Shown one piece after another: positions 25,499-37,850 of a stretch of 64,000 nt of DNA (positions within the stretch are counted from its first letter, which is position 1; the number at the start of each line of letters is the position of its first letter). The notes beneath the pieces were generated by a model. That model had not been told where the DNA came from. It saw nothing but the letters and a program-made list of their open reading frames with translations, and ran no database searches. This DNA comes from Squalus acanthias (lineage: Eukaryota), in contig CM059432.1 of the NCBI GenBank assembly GCA_030390025.1, positions 85,934,001 through 85,998,000 of the forward strand, given 5' to 3'. The position numbers and the translations under genes are program-made.

Positions 25499-26658
25499 AT
25501 GGGTGCTATTTATACTGTCTCACCTTGGTCCTCGGAATCAGACCACGATGAGCCTCAACACCAGCAGCACCAATAACAACACCACCAACCTTCTCCTCAA
25601 CCACCTGATACTGCACAGGACAGAGAGCATCAGCGCAGGGCAGAGGGTGAGGATGAGCTTCCTCAACATGACGCAGCAGCTGTGCCAAAGGAGTCTCAGG
25701 CTATCGCGCCAGCTCGTCGCAGACATTTGCACATTGCTGGAGGAAGACCTGCAGCCCAGAGGAGCAGGTGGACACGCCTTACCAGTTGCTGTCAAAGTCA
25801 CCAGCGCCCTCAACTTTTTCGCCTCCGGCTCCTTCCAGGGATCTGCAGCAGACATTTGTGGCATCTCGCAGTCGGCCGCCCACAGATGCATCACCCAGGA
25901 AACTGATGGCCTCTTTGACAAGTCAGCCAATTATATCAACTTTGCCACTGATGAAGCCAGTGTTACTGAGTGGAAGCTTGACTTTGCCACTCTGCCTGGT
26001 GTCATCGACTGCACACATGTGGCCACCAGGGCACCCGATCATCACCCAGGATTGTTTGTGAACCACAAGGGCTTCCGCTCCCTCAGTGTGCAGCTCGTCT
26101 GCAACCACAGGAAGATCACCATGCATGTGTGTGCAAAATTCCCTGGCAGCTGCCATGACTCTCTCATCCTGCGCCAGTCCACCCTCCCTCAGCTCTTTGC
26201 TCCTCCAGACAGACTTTCCGGCTGGCTGCTTGGAGACAAGGGCTATCCATTGAAGACGTGGCTCATGACCTCCTTGAGGAGGCCAAGTACTGAGGCCCAG
26301 GAGAGATATGATGAAAGCCACATTTCCACCAGATGCGTCATAGAACAGACAATTGGCATGCTGAAAATGCACTTCAGATGCCTTGACAGATCTGGAGGAG
26401 CCCAGGTCACCAGCCAGGGTCTCCAGAATCATCGTCGTCTGCTGCGCCCTGCACGACATAGCACAGCAGCGAGGATTACCGCTGCATGAGGAGCAAGGCA
26501 CTGAGCGCACAACCTCTTTGGAGGAGGAGCATCAGCTGGAAGATGAGGAGGAGGATGAGGAGGAGTAGGAGGAACCTGTGGTCCAGATCCCGCCAGCACC
26601 CGAGCACATTGCTGCCCGGGAGGCCAGGGATGGGCTCATCATGGCCAGATTTACTTAA
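25499..26658 (+). pseudogene. Harbinger DDE transposase (HARBI1-like), frameshifted
   Basis: ORF 25455-26489: [11 protein letters not shown]...[55 protein letters not shown]. The C-terminal IIVVCCALH is in another frame. Confidence 0.92.
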
Positions 26659-26947
26659 CTTTACGCATTACACCCTTATGGTTGCCACATGCTGCACCAG
26701 GTTGGCACCACCCCACAGCAACACCCTACAATAACCAAGCTATTCCTTTCACACTGACCACCATTGCTGGGGGTAACGTTATGTCTCACTATTCACTCCA
26801 ACTCACTAAGCCACTTCCAAAGGTGCACACAAATTTGTCCATGACTGCAAAGTGGTGAAAATAAAGATTTTTATCTGTGACATCACAGTAACGGAAACTT
26901 TACAGAAACATATTTAATAAAACACATTAGTGGCTACCCTCGTGAAT

Positions 26948-28792
26948 CTACTTGTGTTTCATCTTTCTCTTGCATGTGCTTCTACGAGGTGCAACTCCAT
27001 GTGGCTTCAGCAGAGGTAGAGACAGCCTGCTTACTTCCCTGCTGCGACTGCACAGATCCTTTTGGCGGACGTCCTCTGGGTTTTGGAGCCTCTGATGGCC
27101 CCGCCAAAGTCTGCTCCTCCTTTGATTGTGCAGGAGCAGACTCAGCCATCGTGATCCCAGGAGGCATCTAGGGCTCTGACTGGGGGGTGGGGGGACATAG
27201 GGGGAGAAGTGTGAGCGCTTTAAGAAGAGCCCCCTCTCACCATCATCTCTCTCACGGGCCAACTACACTTCCCTGCTAGCAAGGAGCTGGAGAACACCTT
27301 GCTGCACAGCAGTGGGGCCATGAGGACCCACTTCTACGTGGACATCCCTCCTACAAAGGACATCTGAACCTTTGCCATCTATTCTCCATAGAGACCATGT
27401 GCTCCTGTGAGTGGAGCATTAGCCGCTCCATGCAGGTGACCATCCTTTCCATGGAAGAGCCTACAGTCGCCATCGCCTGCGACATGGTGCTCATGTTGGA
27501 GATGGACTCCTTCATTCTCTGCACATTTGCAAATATCGCGGTTGCAAAACCTGTCAAAGCTTCCTGTACTTCCTGCTCCACCTCCAAGAACGCCCTCTTT
27601 CTGGATGGCCCCCGAGGCTCAGCGTCTGCATGCAGCTGATCAGAGCTGGGAGTATCCTTCGCCCTCTGGCAAGGTGTCTCCACTGCTGTCCCTGTCTCCA
27701 CCATCTGCTCTCGCTCATTTGTGAGTTGTGAGACACCAGGTGACAACACTACTCTATCTCGCGGGGGACCCACCGAGGTGTGCGTATCTGCGCTGGTGCT
27801 GGGTGCGCTTATGTCTGGTGACGGTGCGCCCTCAGAGGCTGCTCTGAGGAGTCATCTTCCTTTCCTCCTGGACAGTCGGGGTGGGGTGGTGCTCTTGATG
27901 GACCTGTGGGAGAGTAAAGAGATTATTTATATATGTCATATGAAGAATGGGTACAGATACCATTATGCACATGATGAACATTCACTGGCTGCTGACATCA
28001 GTCCCCATATGAGTGACTGCTGTATGATATTTAGCTGTATAATATGTAATTCTGTCACCAGGTTGCTGAGATGTCCCCCTCTCTCCGTCTCCCACCTCCA
28101 GCTGCTCGGCGACTCCAGAAACTTCCAAGGCAGCCTCCTCTGCTGATGTTAGGGTGGCCAATGATGGACGGCCACCTCTGGTTCTCTCCCTCTCCCTCTT
28201 ATTGTGGGCTGTCTTTTCCTGCAAGGAAGGAAGGAAGAGAAAGTTGAGTGAGAGTGATGGAATGAGTGTAAGGAATGAATGGGTTACATCTGTAGAGGGT
28301 GCCTATGATGGAGTGGGGTGGCAATGCCAAGTGGCCTCCTTGTTTGTTAGTTGGTATGATTGCATTAGGATGAGTGTGAGGGGTGGCTAGTCAGATGGGG
28401 ATGTGATAATGTAGATAGAGAGAGAGGGATGGGTGGATGTGCAAGGTATGTAGGTGTGATTAAGGATGTGCAGGAGCAGGGTTGGGAAGGCAGAGTGATG
28501 GGGATGTGATGAGAGGTGCAGCAGACTGAAGTTGAGTGTGGCTTTGAAGTCACCTTTCCTGATCTAATGATATCATTGAAATGTTTGCGGCACTGCACCC
28601 AGGGCCTCCTGACCACATCCCTGCTGTTCACCTCCTCTGCTATTAGGAGCCAGGCTCTTTTTGTCTCCTGGGGAGGTCTGCTCCGCCCATTAGAAGGGAA
28701 GAGGACCTCCCTGCGTGCTCTCACTCCCTCCACAAGCATATGGATGGAGTCATCGGAGAACCTGGGTGCACCCTCTGTCTCAGTGCAGTCAT
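26948..28792 (-). pseudogene. Harbinger Myb/SANT-like DNA-binding protein gene, three exons (~28792-28554, 28218-28059, 27903-26948), frameshifted
   Basis: APRFSDDS...EVLFP...AW..IAEEVN...RPWVQCRKHFND, then EKTAHNKRERERTRGG...LTSAEE. GT-AG introns with compatible phases (0, then 1). Basic C-terminus PRRSTCKRKMKHK. Confidence 0.85.
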
Positions 28793-29106
28793 GTTTGGCA
28801 CTCTTTGTAGCAGTCCAATTGTGCAGTGTGTTGCCTGCACTATCCTAGATGAACCTTCAGATGCAATGTGGCCATGGCCCCTTTAAATATCCCGGCTGAA
28901 AATGCATCATCGTTGACATCATCAAACCCGCACCATTTAATTGGGCCGGGTAATGCGTAGGGCAGCCTTAATAGGCCCCATTAACGGAAAGTCGATCTCG
29001 GGAGCGGCATGGGATGGAGAACGGGGTCGCGACCCGCTACGGCAACCACCCGCACCCGACCCGCCCAGGTACAGAAAATTACGGCCAATGTTTCAAGTCG
29101 ATGACC

Positions 29107-29143
29107 AGTTCTGACGAAAGGTCATCGACCTGAAACGTTAACT
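29107..29143 (+). ncRNA. Minimal type I hammerhead ribozyme (Penelope-associated), intact core
   Basis: AGTT-CTGACGA-A-AGGTC atc GACCT-GAAA-CGTT-AACT: stem I AGTT/AACT, CUGANGA, stem II, GAAA, and palindromic AACGTT in place of stem III. Confidence 0.8.
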
Positions 29144-29575
29144 CCTTCTCTCTCCACGGATGCTGTCTGGCCTGCTGAGTTTTTCCAGTGTTTTCTGTTG
29201 TTATTTCGGATTTCCAGCATCCGCAGTATTTTGCTATCCAGATGATGTGAGTTTGGTTGCTTAATCGGAAGTGCAAGGCTCTTAAGCATTAGATGAACAT
29301 GCCAATTGTGATCTCACTAATGTCCTCGAGTGACCTCGAGACTGAGAAAAGGAATTTACAGAAAACTTTTGAAAATAGAATGAAGCGAGTGTTAGAAAAT
29401 TTCCTATATTGGACTTGAGTGGTTTTGGTTTAGTATTGCTTTAATACTATGAATGACTTTATTGCTTGTTCCATGCAATTTTGGAGGAATCATTTACTTG
29501 AACTACTACAAAAAAAATATAAAGTGTGATTTTTTTTTTTTTCATTATACTTTATACTTTATTTTAATTTCACAG

Positions 29576-29739
29576 GTTGGGCAGACAGAAGGAAAAGATG
29601 TTCCTGATCATTCTAACAACCACACTGATTATTTAGACCACCCAGAAAAACCTCATTCGGACTCTAAAATGAATTATCCCAATGGAGCAAAGCCTGAAGA
29701 ATGCAAACCAGATGATGTGGAACTCCTTCCCAAATGCAG
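29576..29739 (+). CDS. Internal exon of the same ABCC gene: hydrophilic TMD1-NBD1 linker
   Basis: Long pyrimidine tract with cacAG acceptor, donor AG|GTAAAG. 164 bp, phase 0-2, open frame VGQTEGKDVPDH...VELLPKC. Phases match both flanking exons. Confidence 0.8.
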
Positions 29740-30276
29740 GTAAAGTTTCAAATTGATTTTTTTGGCATTAGTGGCATACTATACATATAGAAAGTGTTTC
29801 AAAACTGCAAGTTGTGTAAGTGATTGATGAGCTTTTGTATTAATCTATCATGGGACAGGTACCAGCCGGCACGGGCTCGACGGGCCGAATGGCCTCATTC
29901 TGTGCTGTAACCATTCTATGATCAAGCAAGGTATCAGATATAAAAACATTGAGATATTATAAGACTAACTAGATTACTTGTTGGGAAAGGTAATGTACTT
30001 GACAGTAATGAGCTTTGCTGGGCCGAATGGCATTTTATCATTTCTGACTTTCTGAATTTTTTTTTTTTAAAAAGGCAATGAAAAATTTGGATTTAAAAAA
30101 AATAAAATCTAACCTTCGAATAGAAAATGAAACATCAATTGGAAATGGCCCAATAAAGCTGCTGATTAATAGTGTTGGTTGGTTGGTAAAGTTGCATCGC
30201 AAATGAAAGACCATTTAAGTCCAAGGCAAGCGCAAAAGGAAATAGATTTAGAACACTGGAAACTTATGTATAGTTT

Positions 30277-30672
30277 AAGAACATAAGAAATAAGAGCAGA
30301 AGTAGGCCATACGGCCCCTCGAGAATTCCAAAGATTCACAACCCTCTTAGTGAAGAAATTCCTCCTCATCTCAGTCTTAAATGGCTTACCCCTTATCCTG
30401 AGACTATGCCCCCTAGTTCTAGACACTCCAGTCAGGGGAAACAATCTCTCAGCGTCGACCCTGTCAATCTCCTTCAGAATCTTGTATGTTTCAATGAGAT
30501 CACCTCTCATTCTTCTAAACTCCAGAGAGTATAGGCCCATTCTACACAATCTCTCATCATAGGACAGCCCTCTCATCCCAGGAATCAATCTAGTGAACCT
30601 TCGTTGCACTGCCTCCAAGGCAAGTATATCCTTCCTTAGATAAGGAGACCAAAACTGTGCACAGTACTCCAG
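30277..30672 (-). mobile_element. CR1 3' fragment with an internal deletion before the tail
   Basis: ORF 30166-30699 (LEYCAQFWSPY...RVVNLWNS) is joined directly to the terminal hairpin and tail. Confidence 0.9.
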
Positions 30673-31782
30673 TTTGTAGATTGATTCATATATATCCATG
30701 GGGTACAGTAGCCTAGGTTATGTTACTGGACTAGTAATCTAGAGGCCTGGAGTAATGATCTGGTGACATGAGTCAAATCCCACCATGGCAGATGGGGAAT
30801 TTAAATTCAGTTAATTAAATAAATCTGGAATAAAAAAGCAAGTGTCAGTAATGGTGACCATGAAACTACCGGATTGTTGTAAAAACCCCTCTGGTTCACT
30901 AATGTCCTTTAGGGAAGGAAATCTGCCATCCTTACCCGGTATGGCCTGCATGTGACTCACAGCAATGTGATTGACTCTTAACAGCCGTCAGAAACGGCCT
31001 AGCAAGCCACTCAGTTGTACTAAACGACTACAAAGAAGTACGATAAGAATAAAACCAGACGGACCACCCAGCATTGACCTAGGCACTTGACACGACAAAA
31101 GCACACCCAGCCCAGGTGACCCCGCAAAGTCCTCCTTTCCAACATCTGGAACTTGTGCCAAAATTGGGAAGGGCTCTCCCACAGACTAATCAAGCAACAG
31201 CCTGACATAGTCATACTCTCAGAATCATACCTTTCAGCCAGACTCCTCCTCCATTAACATCCCTGGGTATGTCCTGTCCCACCGGCAGAGCTGGCACAGT
31301 CAGAAGGGGGTGGCCCTGGGAGTCCTCAGCATTGATTCTAGACCCCATGTAGTCTCATGGTATCAGGTCAAACATGGGTAAGTAAACCTTATTCCCTCAG
31401 CTGATGAATCCGTACTCCTCCATGTTGAACTTGGACGAAGCACTGTGGGTAGCAAGGGCACAGAACGTATTCAATGTCCATCACCAAGAGCGGCTCGGTG
31501 ACACTACTCATGCCCAAGCTGACTGAGTCCTGCCAGACTGGTAAACAGCATGCTATAGACAGGGCTAAGCGATCCCACAACCAACGGATCAGATCAAAGC
31601 TCTGCAGTCCTGCCACATCCAGTCGTGAATGGTGGTGGAAAATTAAACAACTAACGGGAGGAGGAGGCTCCATGAACATCCCCAGCCTCAATGATGGTGG
31701 AGCCCAGCACGTGAGTGCAAAAGACAAGACATAAGCGTTCGCAACCATCTTCAGCCAGAAGTGCTGAGTGGATGAACCTTCT

Positions 31783-33451
31783 TGGGAACCAAGGGTCTAG
31801 CGAGAATGAGCAACTGAAAGATATTCGTATTAGTTAAAAAGTAGTACTGGAGAAATTAATGTGACTGAAAGTCGATAAATCTCCTGGACCTGATGGCCTA
31901 CATCCTAGGGTTTTGAAAGAGTTCGCTATAGAGATAGTGGATGCATTGGTTGTCATTTTCCAAAATTCCATAGATTCTAGAATGGTTCCCACAGATTGGA
32001 AGATAGCAAATGTAACCCCACTATTTAAGAAAGGAGGGAGAGAGAAAACGGGGAACTACAGACCAGTTAGCCTGACATCAGTAGTATGGAAAATGCTAGA
32101 ATCTATTATTAAGGACGTGGTAACAGGGCACTTCGAAAATAATAATAGGATTGGGCAGAGTCAACACGGATTTATGAAAGGGAAATCGTGTTTGACGAAT
32201 CTGTTGGAGTTTTTTGAGGTTCTTAGTAGCAGAATAGATGAGGGGGAACCAGATGGATGTGGTGTATTTGAATTTTCAGAAGGCATTCGATAAGGTGCCA
32301 CACAAGAGGTTATTAAACAAAATTAGGGCTCATGGGATTGGGGGTAATATACTAGCATGGATTGAGGATTGGTTAACGGACAGAAAACAGAGAGTAGGAA
32401 TAAACAGCTCATTTTTGGGTTGGCAGGCTGTAACTAGTGGGGTACCGCAAGGATCAGTGCTTGGGCCTCAGCTATACACAATCTACATCAATGATTTGGA
32501 TGAGGGGACCAAATGTAATATATCCAAGTTTGCTGATGATACAAAGCTGGGTGGGAATGTAAGTTGTGAGGAGGATGCAAGGAGGCTTCAAGGGAATATA
32601 GACAGGCTAAGTGAGTGGGCAATAACATTGCAAATGGAATATAATGTGGAGAAATGTGAAGTTATCCACTTTGGTAGGAAAAATAGAAAAGCAGAGTATT
32701 TTTTAAATGGTGAGAGATTGGGAAATGTTGGTGTTCAGAGGGACCTGGGTGTCCTTGTACACGAATTACAGAAAGTTAACATGCAGGTACAGCAAGCAAT
32801 TAGGAAAGCAAATGGTATGTTGGCCTTTATTACAAGAGGATTTGAGTATAAGAGTAAAGACATCTTACTGCAATTATATAGGGCCCTGGTGAGACCACAC
32901 CTGGAGTATTGTGTACAGTTTTGGTCTCCTTACCAAAGGAAGGATATACTTGCCATAGAGGGAGTGCAACGAAGGTTCACCAGAATGATTCCTGGGATGG
33001 GGGGATTGTCCTATGAGGAGAGATTGAATAGACTAGGCCTATATTCTCTAGAGTTTAGAAGAATGAGAGGTGATCTCATTGAAACATACAAAATTCTTAC
33101 AGGGCTTGACAGGGTAGATGCAGGGAGGATGTTTCCCCTGGCTGGAGAGTCTAGAACCAGGGGTCACCGCCTCAGAATAAGGGGTCGGCCATTTAGGACT
33201 GAGATGAGGAAAAGTTTCTTCACTCTGAGGGTGGCGAATCTTTGGAATTCTCTACACCAGAGGGCTGTGGAGGCTCAGTCGTTGAGTATATTCAAGACAG
33301 AGATCGGTAGATTTTTGAATATTAAGGGAATCAATGGATATGGGGATAGTGCAGGAAAATGAAGCTGAGGTAGAAGATCAGCCATGATCTTATTGAATGG
33401 CGGAGCAGGCTCGAAGGGCCAAATGGCCTACTCTTGCTCCAATTTCTTATG
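31783..33451 (+). mobile_element. CR1 LINE, 5' truncated
   Basis: ORFs 31913-32293 and 32238-33362 (one frameshift) carry full RT motifs. TTCT repeat at both junctions. Confidence 0.95.
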
Positions 33452-34702
33452 TTCTCGGCCTCCTCCTGAGGTCGCCACTATTACAGAAGTCAGTCTTCAG
33501 CTAATTCGATTGACCCCACGTGTTATCAAGAAACGGCTGAGTGCAATGGATACAGCCAGGCTATGGGCCCCGACAACATCCCGGCTGTCATGCTGAAGTG
33601 TGCTCCAGAACTAGCCAAGCTTTTCAAGTACAGCTACAACACTGGTATCTACCTGACGATGTGGAAAATTGCCCAGGTATGCCTTGTCCACAAAATCAAG
33701 ACAAATCCAATCTAGAGGTGAGGTGACAGTCAATGGGAAAACTCTCCACTGGCTTGAGTCATATCTACCAAAATAAGGAAGATGTTTGTGGTTGTTGGAG
33801 GTCAATCATCTCAGCCCCAGGACATCATTGCAGGAGTTCCTCAGGGCAGTGTCCTCGGCCGAACCATCTTCAGCTGCTTCATCCATGACCTTCCCTCCAT
33901 CATAAGGTCAGAAGTGGGGATGTTCGCTGATGATTGCACAGTGTTCAGTTCCATTCGCAACTCCTAAGATAATGAAGAATTCTGTGCCTGCATGCAGCAA
34001 GACCTGGCCGACATTCAGGCTTGGGCTGCTAAGTGGCAAGTAACATTCGCACCACACAAGTGCCAGGCAATGACTATCTCCAACAAGAGAGAGTCTAACC
34101 ACCACCCCTTGACATTCAATGGCATTACCATCACCGAATCCCCCACCATCAACATCCTCTGGGTCACCATTGACGAGAAACTTAACTGGACCAGCCACAT
34201 AAATACTGTGGCAACAAGAGTGGGTCGGAGGCTGGGTATTCTGCGGCGAGTGTCTCACGTGCTGACTCCCCAAAGCCTTTCCACCATTTACAAGGCACAA
34301 GTCAGGAGTGTGATGGAATACTCTCCACTTGCCTGGATGAGTGCAGCTCCAACAACACTCAAGAAGCTTGACACCATCCAGGACAAAGCAGCCAAATTGA
34401 TTGGCATTCCATCCACCATCTTAAACACTCCTCCACCACCGGCGCACCCTGGCTGCAGTGTGTACCATCTACAAGATGCACTGCAGCAACTCGCCAAAGC
34501 TTCTTCGACAGCACCTCCAAGACCCGCGACCTCTACCGTCTAGAAGGACAAGACCAGCAGGCGCATGGGAACACCATCACATCCAAGTTCCCCTCCAATT
34601 CACACACCATCCTGACTTGGAAATATATCGCCATTCCTTCATTGTCGTTGGGTCAAAATCCTGGAACACCCTCCTTAACAGCACTGTGGGAGTACCTTCA
34701 CC

Positions 34703-35995
34703 AGTCACTTGGACAAGTGTGGAAAGCCAGCACGGATTTGTTAAAGGCAAATCATGTTTAACTAACTTGATTGAGTTTTTTGATGAGGTAACAGAGAGGG
34801 TTGATGAGGGCAGTGCAGTTGATGTGGTGTACATGGACTTCCAGAAGGCGTTTGATAAAGTGCCACACAATAGGCTTGCCAGCAAAGTTGAAGCCCATGG
34901 AATAAAAGGGACAGTGGCAGCATGGATATGAAATTGGCTAAGTGACAGAAAACAGAGAGTAGTGGTGAACGGCTGTTTATCGAACTGGAGGAAGGTACAC
35001 AGTTGTGCTCCCAGGGGTCGGTACTCTGACTACTACTTTTCTTGATATATATTAATGACAGACTTGAGTGTACAGGGCGCAATTTCAAAATTTGCAGATG
35101 AAACAAAACTTGGAAGTATAGTGAACAGTGAGGAGGATAGTGATAGACATCAAGAGGACATAGACAGGCTGGTGGAATGGGCAGACATGTGGCAGATGAA
35201 ATTTAATGCAGAAAAGTGCGAAGTGATGAATTTTGGTAGGAAGAACGAGGATAGGCAATATAAACTAAAGGGTACAACACTAAAGTGGGTGCATGAACAG
35301 AGAGACCTGGGGGTATATGCGCACAAATTGTTGAAGGTGGCAGGGCAGGTTGAGAAAGCAGTTAATAAAGCATACGGAATCCTGGACTTCATAAATAGAG
35401 GCATAGAGTACAAAAGCAAGGAAGTTATGATGAACCTGTATACAACACTGGTTCGGCCTCAATTGGAGTATTGTGTCCAATTCTGTTCACCGCACTTTCG
35501 GAAGGATGTGAAGGTCTGAGAGAGGGTGCAGAAAAGATATACAAGAATGGTTCCAGGGATGAGGTACTTCAGTTAGATAGACTGGAGAAGCTGGGGTTGT
35601 TCTTCTGAGAGCAGAGATGCTCTCAGAAGAGATTTGGTGGAGATGTTCAAAATCTTGAGGGGTCCAGACAGAGTAGATAGAGAGAAACTGTTCCCAATGG
35701 CAGAAGGGTCGAGAACCTGAGGACACAGATTTAAGGTGATTGGCAGAAGAACCAAAGGCGACATCAGGAAAAACTTTTTATGCAGCGAGTGGTTAGGATC
35801 TGGAATGCACTGACTGAAAGAGTGGTGGAGGCAGATTCAATCGTGGCTTTCAAAAGGGAATTGGATAAGTACCTGAAGGAAAATTTTTTGCAGGGCTACA
35901 GGGAAAGTGCGGGGGAGTGGGACTAGCTGAAGTGCTATTGCAGAGAGCCGGGACGGGCCGAATGGCCTCCTTCTGTGCTGTAACCATTCTATGAT
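34703..35995 (+). mobile_element. CR1 LINE (attctatg-tail subfamily), 5' truncated
   Basis: SQHGFVKGKSCLTNL, YMDFQKAFDKV, KFADE; tail ccattctatgatt. Confidence 0.9.
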
Positions 35996-36109
35996 TCACG
36001 GACTGCATCAGTTCAAGAAGACGGCTCAAGGGCAATTAGGGATGGGCAATAAATGCTGGTTTGCCAGCGACGCCTACATCCCATGAACGAATCTAAAAAA
36101 AAATACAAA

Positions 36110-36540
36110 GAAAGACTTGCATTTATATAGTGCCTTTCACAACCACCAGACGTCCCAAAGTGCTTTACAGCCAATGAAGTACTTTTTGAAGTGTAGTCAC
36201 TGTTGTAATCTAGGAAACCCGGCAGCCAATTTGCACACAGCAAGCTCCCACAAACAACGACGTGATAATGACCGGATAAACAGGGCCTTTTTTAGTGATA
36301 ACTCCCGTACTCTTCTTTGAAATAGTGCCTTGGGATCTTTTACATCCACCTTCGAGAGCAGACAGGGTCTCGGTTTAACGTCGCATCCGAAAGATGGGTC
36401 CTCCGACAATGCAGCACTCCCTCAGCACTGCACTGGAGCGTCAGCCTAGATTTCTGTGCTCATGTCTCTGGAGTGGGACTATGAGCGCATAACCTTCTGA
36501 CTCAGACGTGAGAGAGCTACCAACTGAGCCACTGGCTAAA
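36110..36540 (-). mobile_element. tRNA-derived SINE with Deu-like central domain and L2-type tail
   Basis: Minus strand: A box TGGCTCAGTTGG, central ctttcggatgcgacgttaaaccgag...gtaaaagatcccaaggcactattt, tail gtaaagcactttggga...tatataaatgcaag shared with L2. Confidence 0.8.
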
Positions 36541-37524
36541 ACTCAAATATTGCTAATAATAGCAGACAGTGGGAACATTTTTATAGTGATCTAATTTGAG
36601 GCATTATAAGCACAAAGATTACTCAGTCTTTGGGCATGAAATCAGCTAGGGAATTCTTTATTAATCCAAATAGGCTAACAAATAAAGGAGTTGATTCTAA
36701 TCCAACTAAAACATTATGAACAGTATTATTAAACAATATGCTCATCCATGCTGGATAACCAAGGGTTATAATTCTTTGGACAAGGAATTAAAAACATAAA
36801 GGTTTTTGGGTTATGTACCAGATGTTACTAAATTGTGTGCTTTCTAGAAATGCCATAATGAGGAACCTAATTTGCCATTGCACAACATTCTAAACATACA
36901 ACTTTTTCTGCTTTCATAAAATGCCAATCTCAAGCTGTCACAATGTTAGAGATGAAATTAACATGCTGCTAATTTTTGTAATGTGCTTAAATAAAAGAAG
37001 TGTCTAATAAACTGAATTTTAACATTGGAATGGCCAAATTAGTATACCAAATATTCCACCAAAAAGTTGTGTTTTCTAAAATAATCATTTAAACTGCAAA
37101 TATAGAATGTAATTGCAAAATCCACAGTGGGAAAAAAATGAATGAATGGAAATCACAAAATTAAGGGATCTGCTACTTCAAAGCAGTCAGTCAGGCAGAT
37201 GGATTTACTGACCGTGATGAAGTCATTAACAAAACTACAAATCTGTTAATGCTGCTGAGGCAACCCTTTTAGAAGGAGGTAAACAAAGTGCTTTACTGCC
37301 TCTGATCCACCAAAAGAGGTGTTTTTTGCAGGTGCATCCAGAGGTAATATTGCCAGTATTAGACTGTAAAGGGTGTTAAATCTGGTTCCATTTCATGTAC
37401 TGAGACATGTTTTGTTGTTGGGGTGGTCCATGTCAGAAGGGTAGGTGAATAGTTTTGATTCCAGTTTTCTGCTGTTGTGGCAGAAGTCTCTGTAGTTCTT
37501 TGGTCAGCTTGACTTGGTTACAAC

Positions 37525-37850
37525 GGCCACGTTGGCTCATTTGGTAGCAGTCTTGCCTCTGAGGCTCACTAAGTTCAAGCCCCACTACGGCTTAAGCACG
37601 TAATCTAGGATGATACTTCAGTGCAGTCTTAATGGTGTGCTACATTGGTGGAGGTGCAGTCTTTTGGATGCGACATTAAACCAAGGCTACGACTGCTTGC
37701 TCAAATATATATAAAAGATCCTATGGTCCTATTCGTAGAAATTTACGGCACAGAAGGAGGCCATTCAACCCATCGTGTCTGTGCTGGTATTTGAAGAGGA
37801 GCAGGAAGTTCTACTGGGCCAAAATTTCTCCCTCAATCAACACCACCAAA
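37525..37850 (+). mobile_element. Older copy of the same tRNA/Deu-like SINE, with a small CR1-tail insert
   Basis: A box TGGCTCATTTGG, B box GTTCAAGCC, gtcttttggatgcgacattaaacc. Antisense CR1 tail at about 37735-37785. Confidence 0.7.

Larger units (their letters stand above)
24961..29086. mobile_element. PIF/Harbinger DNA transposon, near full length (4.1 kb), inactivated
   Basis: TIRs GGTTGGAATTTTCTG / CAGAAAATTACGGCC, 3-bp TSD AAC/AAT, convergent transposase and Myb/SANT genes. Confidence 0.93.
24857..29237. mobile_element. Penelope terminal-repeat pair in inverted arrangement, split by the Harbinger
   Basis: 24857-24960 plus 29087-29106 is the reverse-complement partner of 29105-29237 (gcaaaatactgcggatg / catccgcagtattttgc). 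Both arms are homologous to 2023-2131. Confidence 0.85.
30699..36102 (+). mobile_element. Family A LINE with both ends, internally deleted and interrupted by two CR1 insertions
   Basis: tRNA-like head at 30699-30790, APE start about 31125, RT pieces at 33452-34700 (GVPQGSVLG, FADD, ORF 33992-34543), tail and poly(A) at 35996-36102. Confidence 0.9.

Noticed and set aside
25455..26489. Domesticated HARBI1 host gene
   Set aside because: It lies between TIRs with a TSD, is paired with a Myb/SANT gene and is frameshifted at both ends, so it is a transposon copy.
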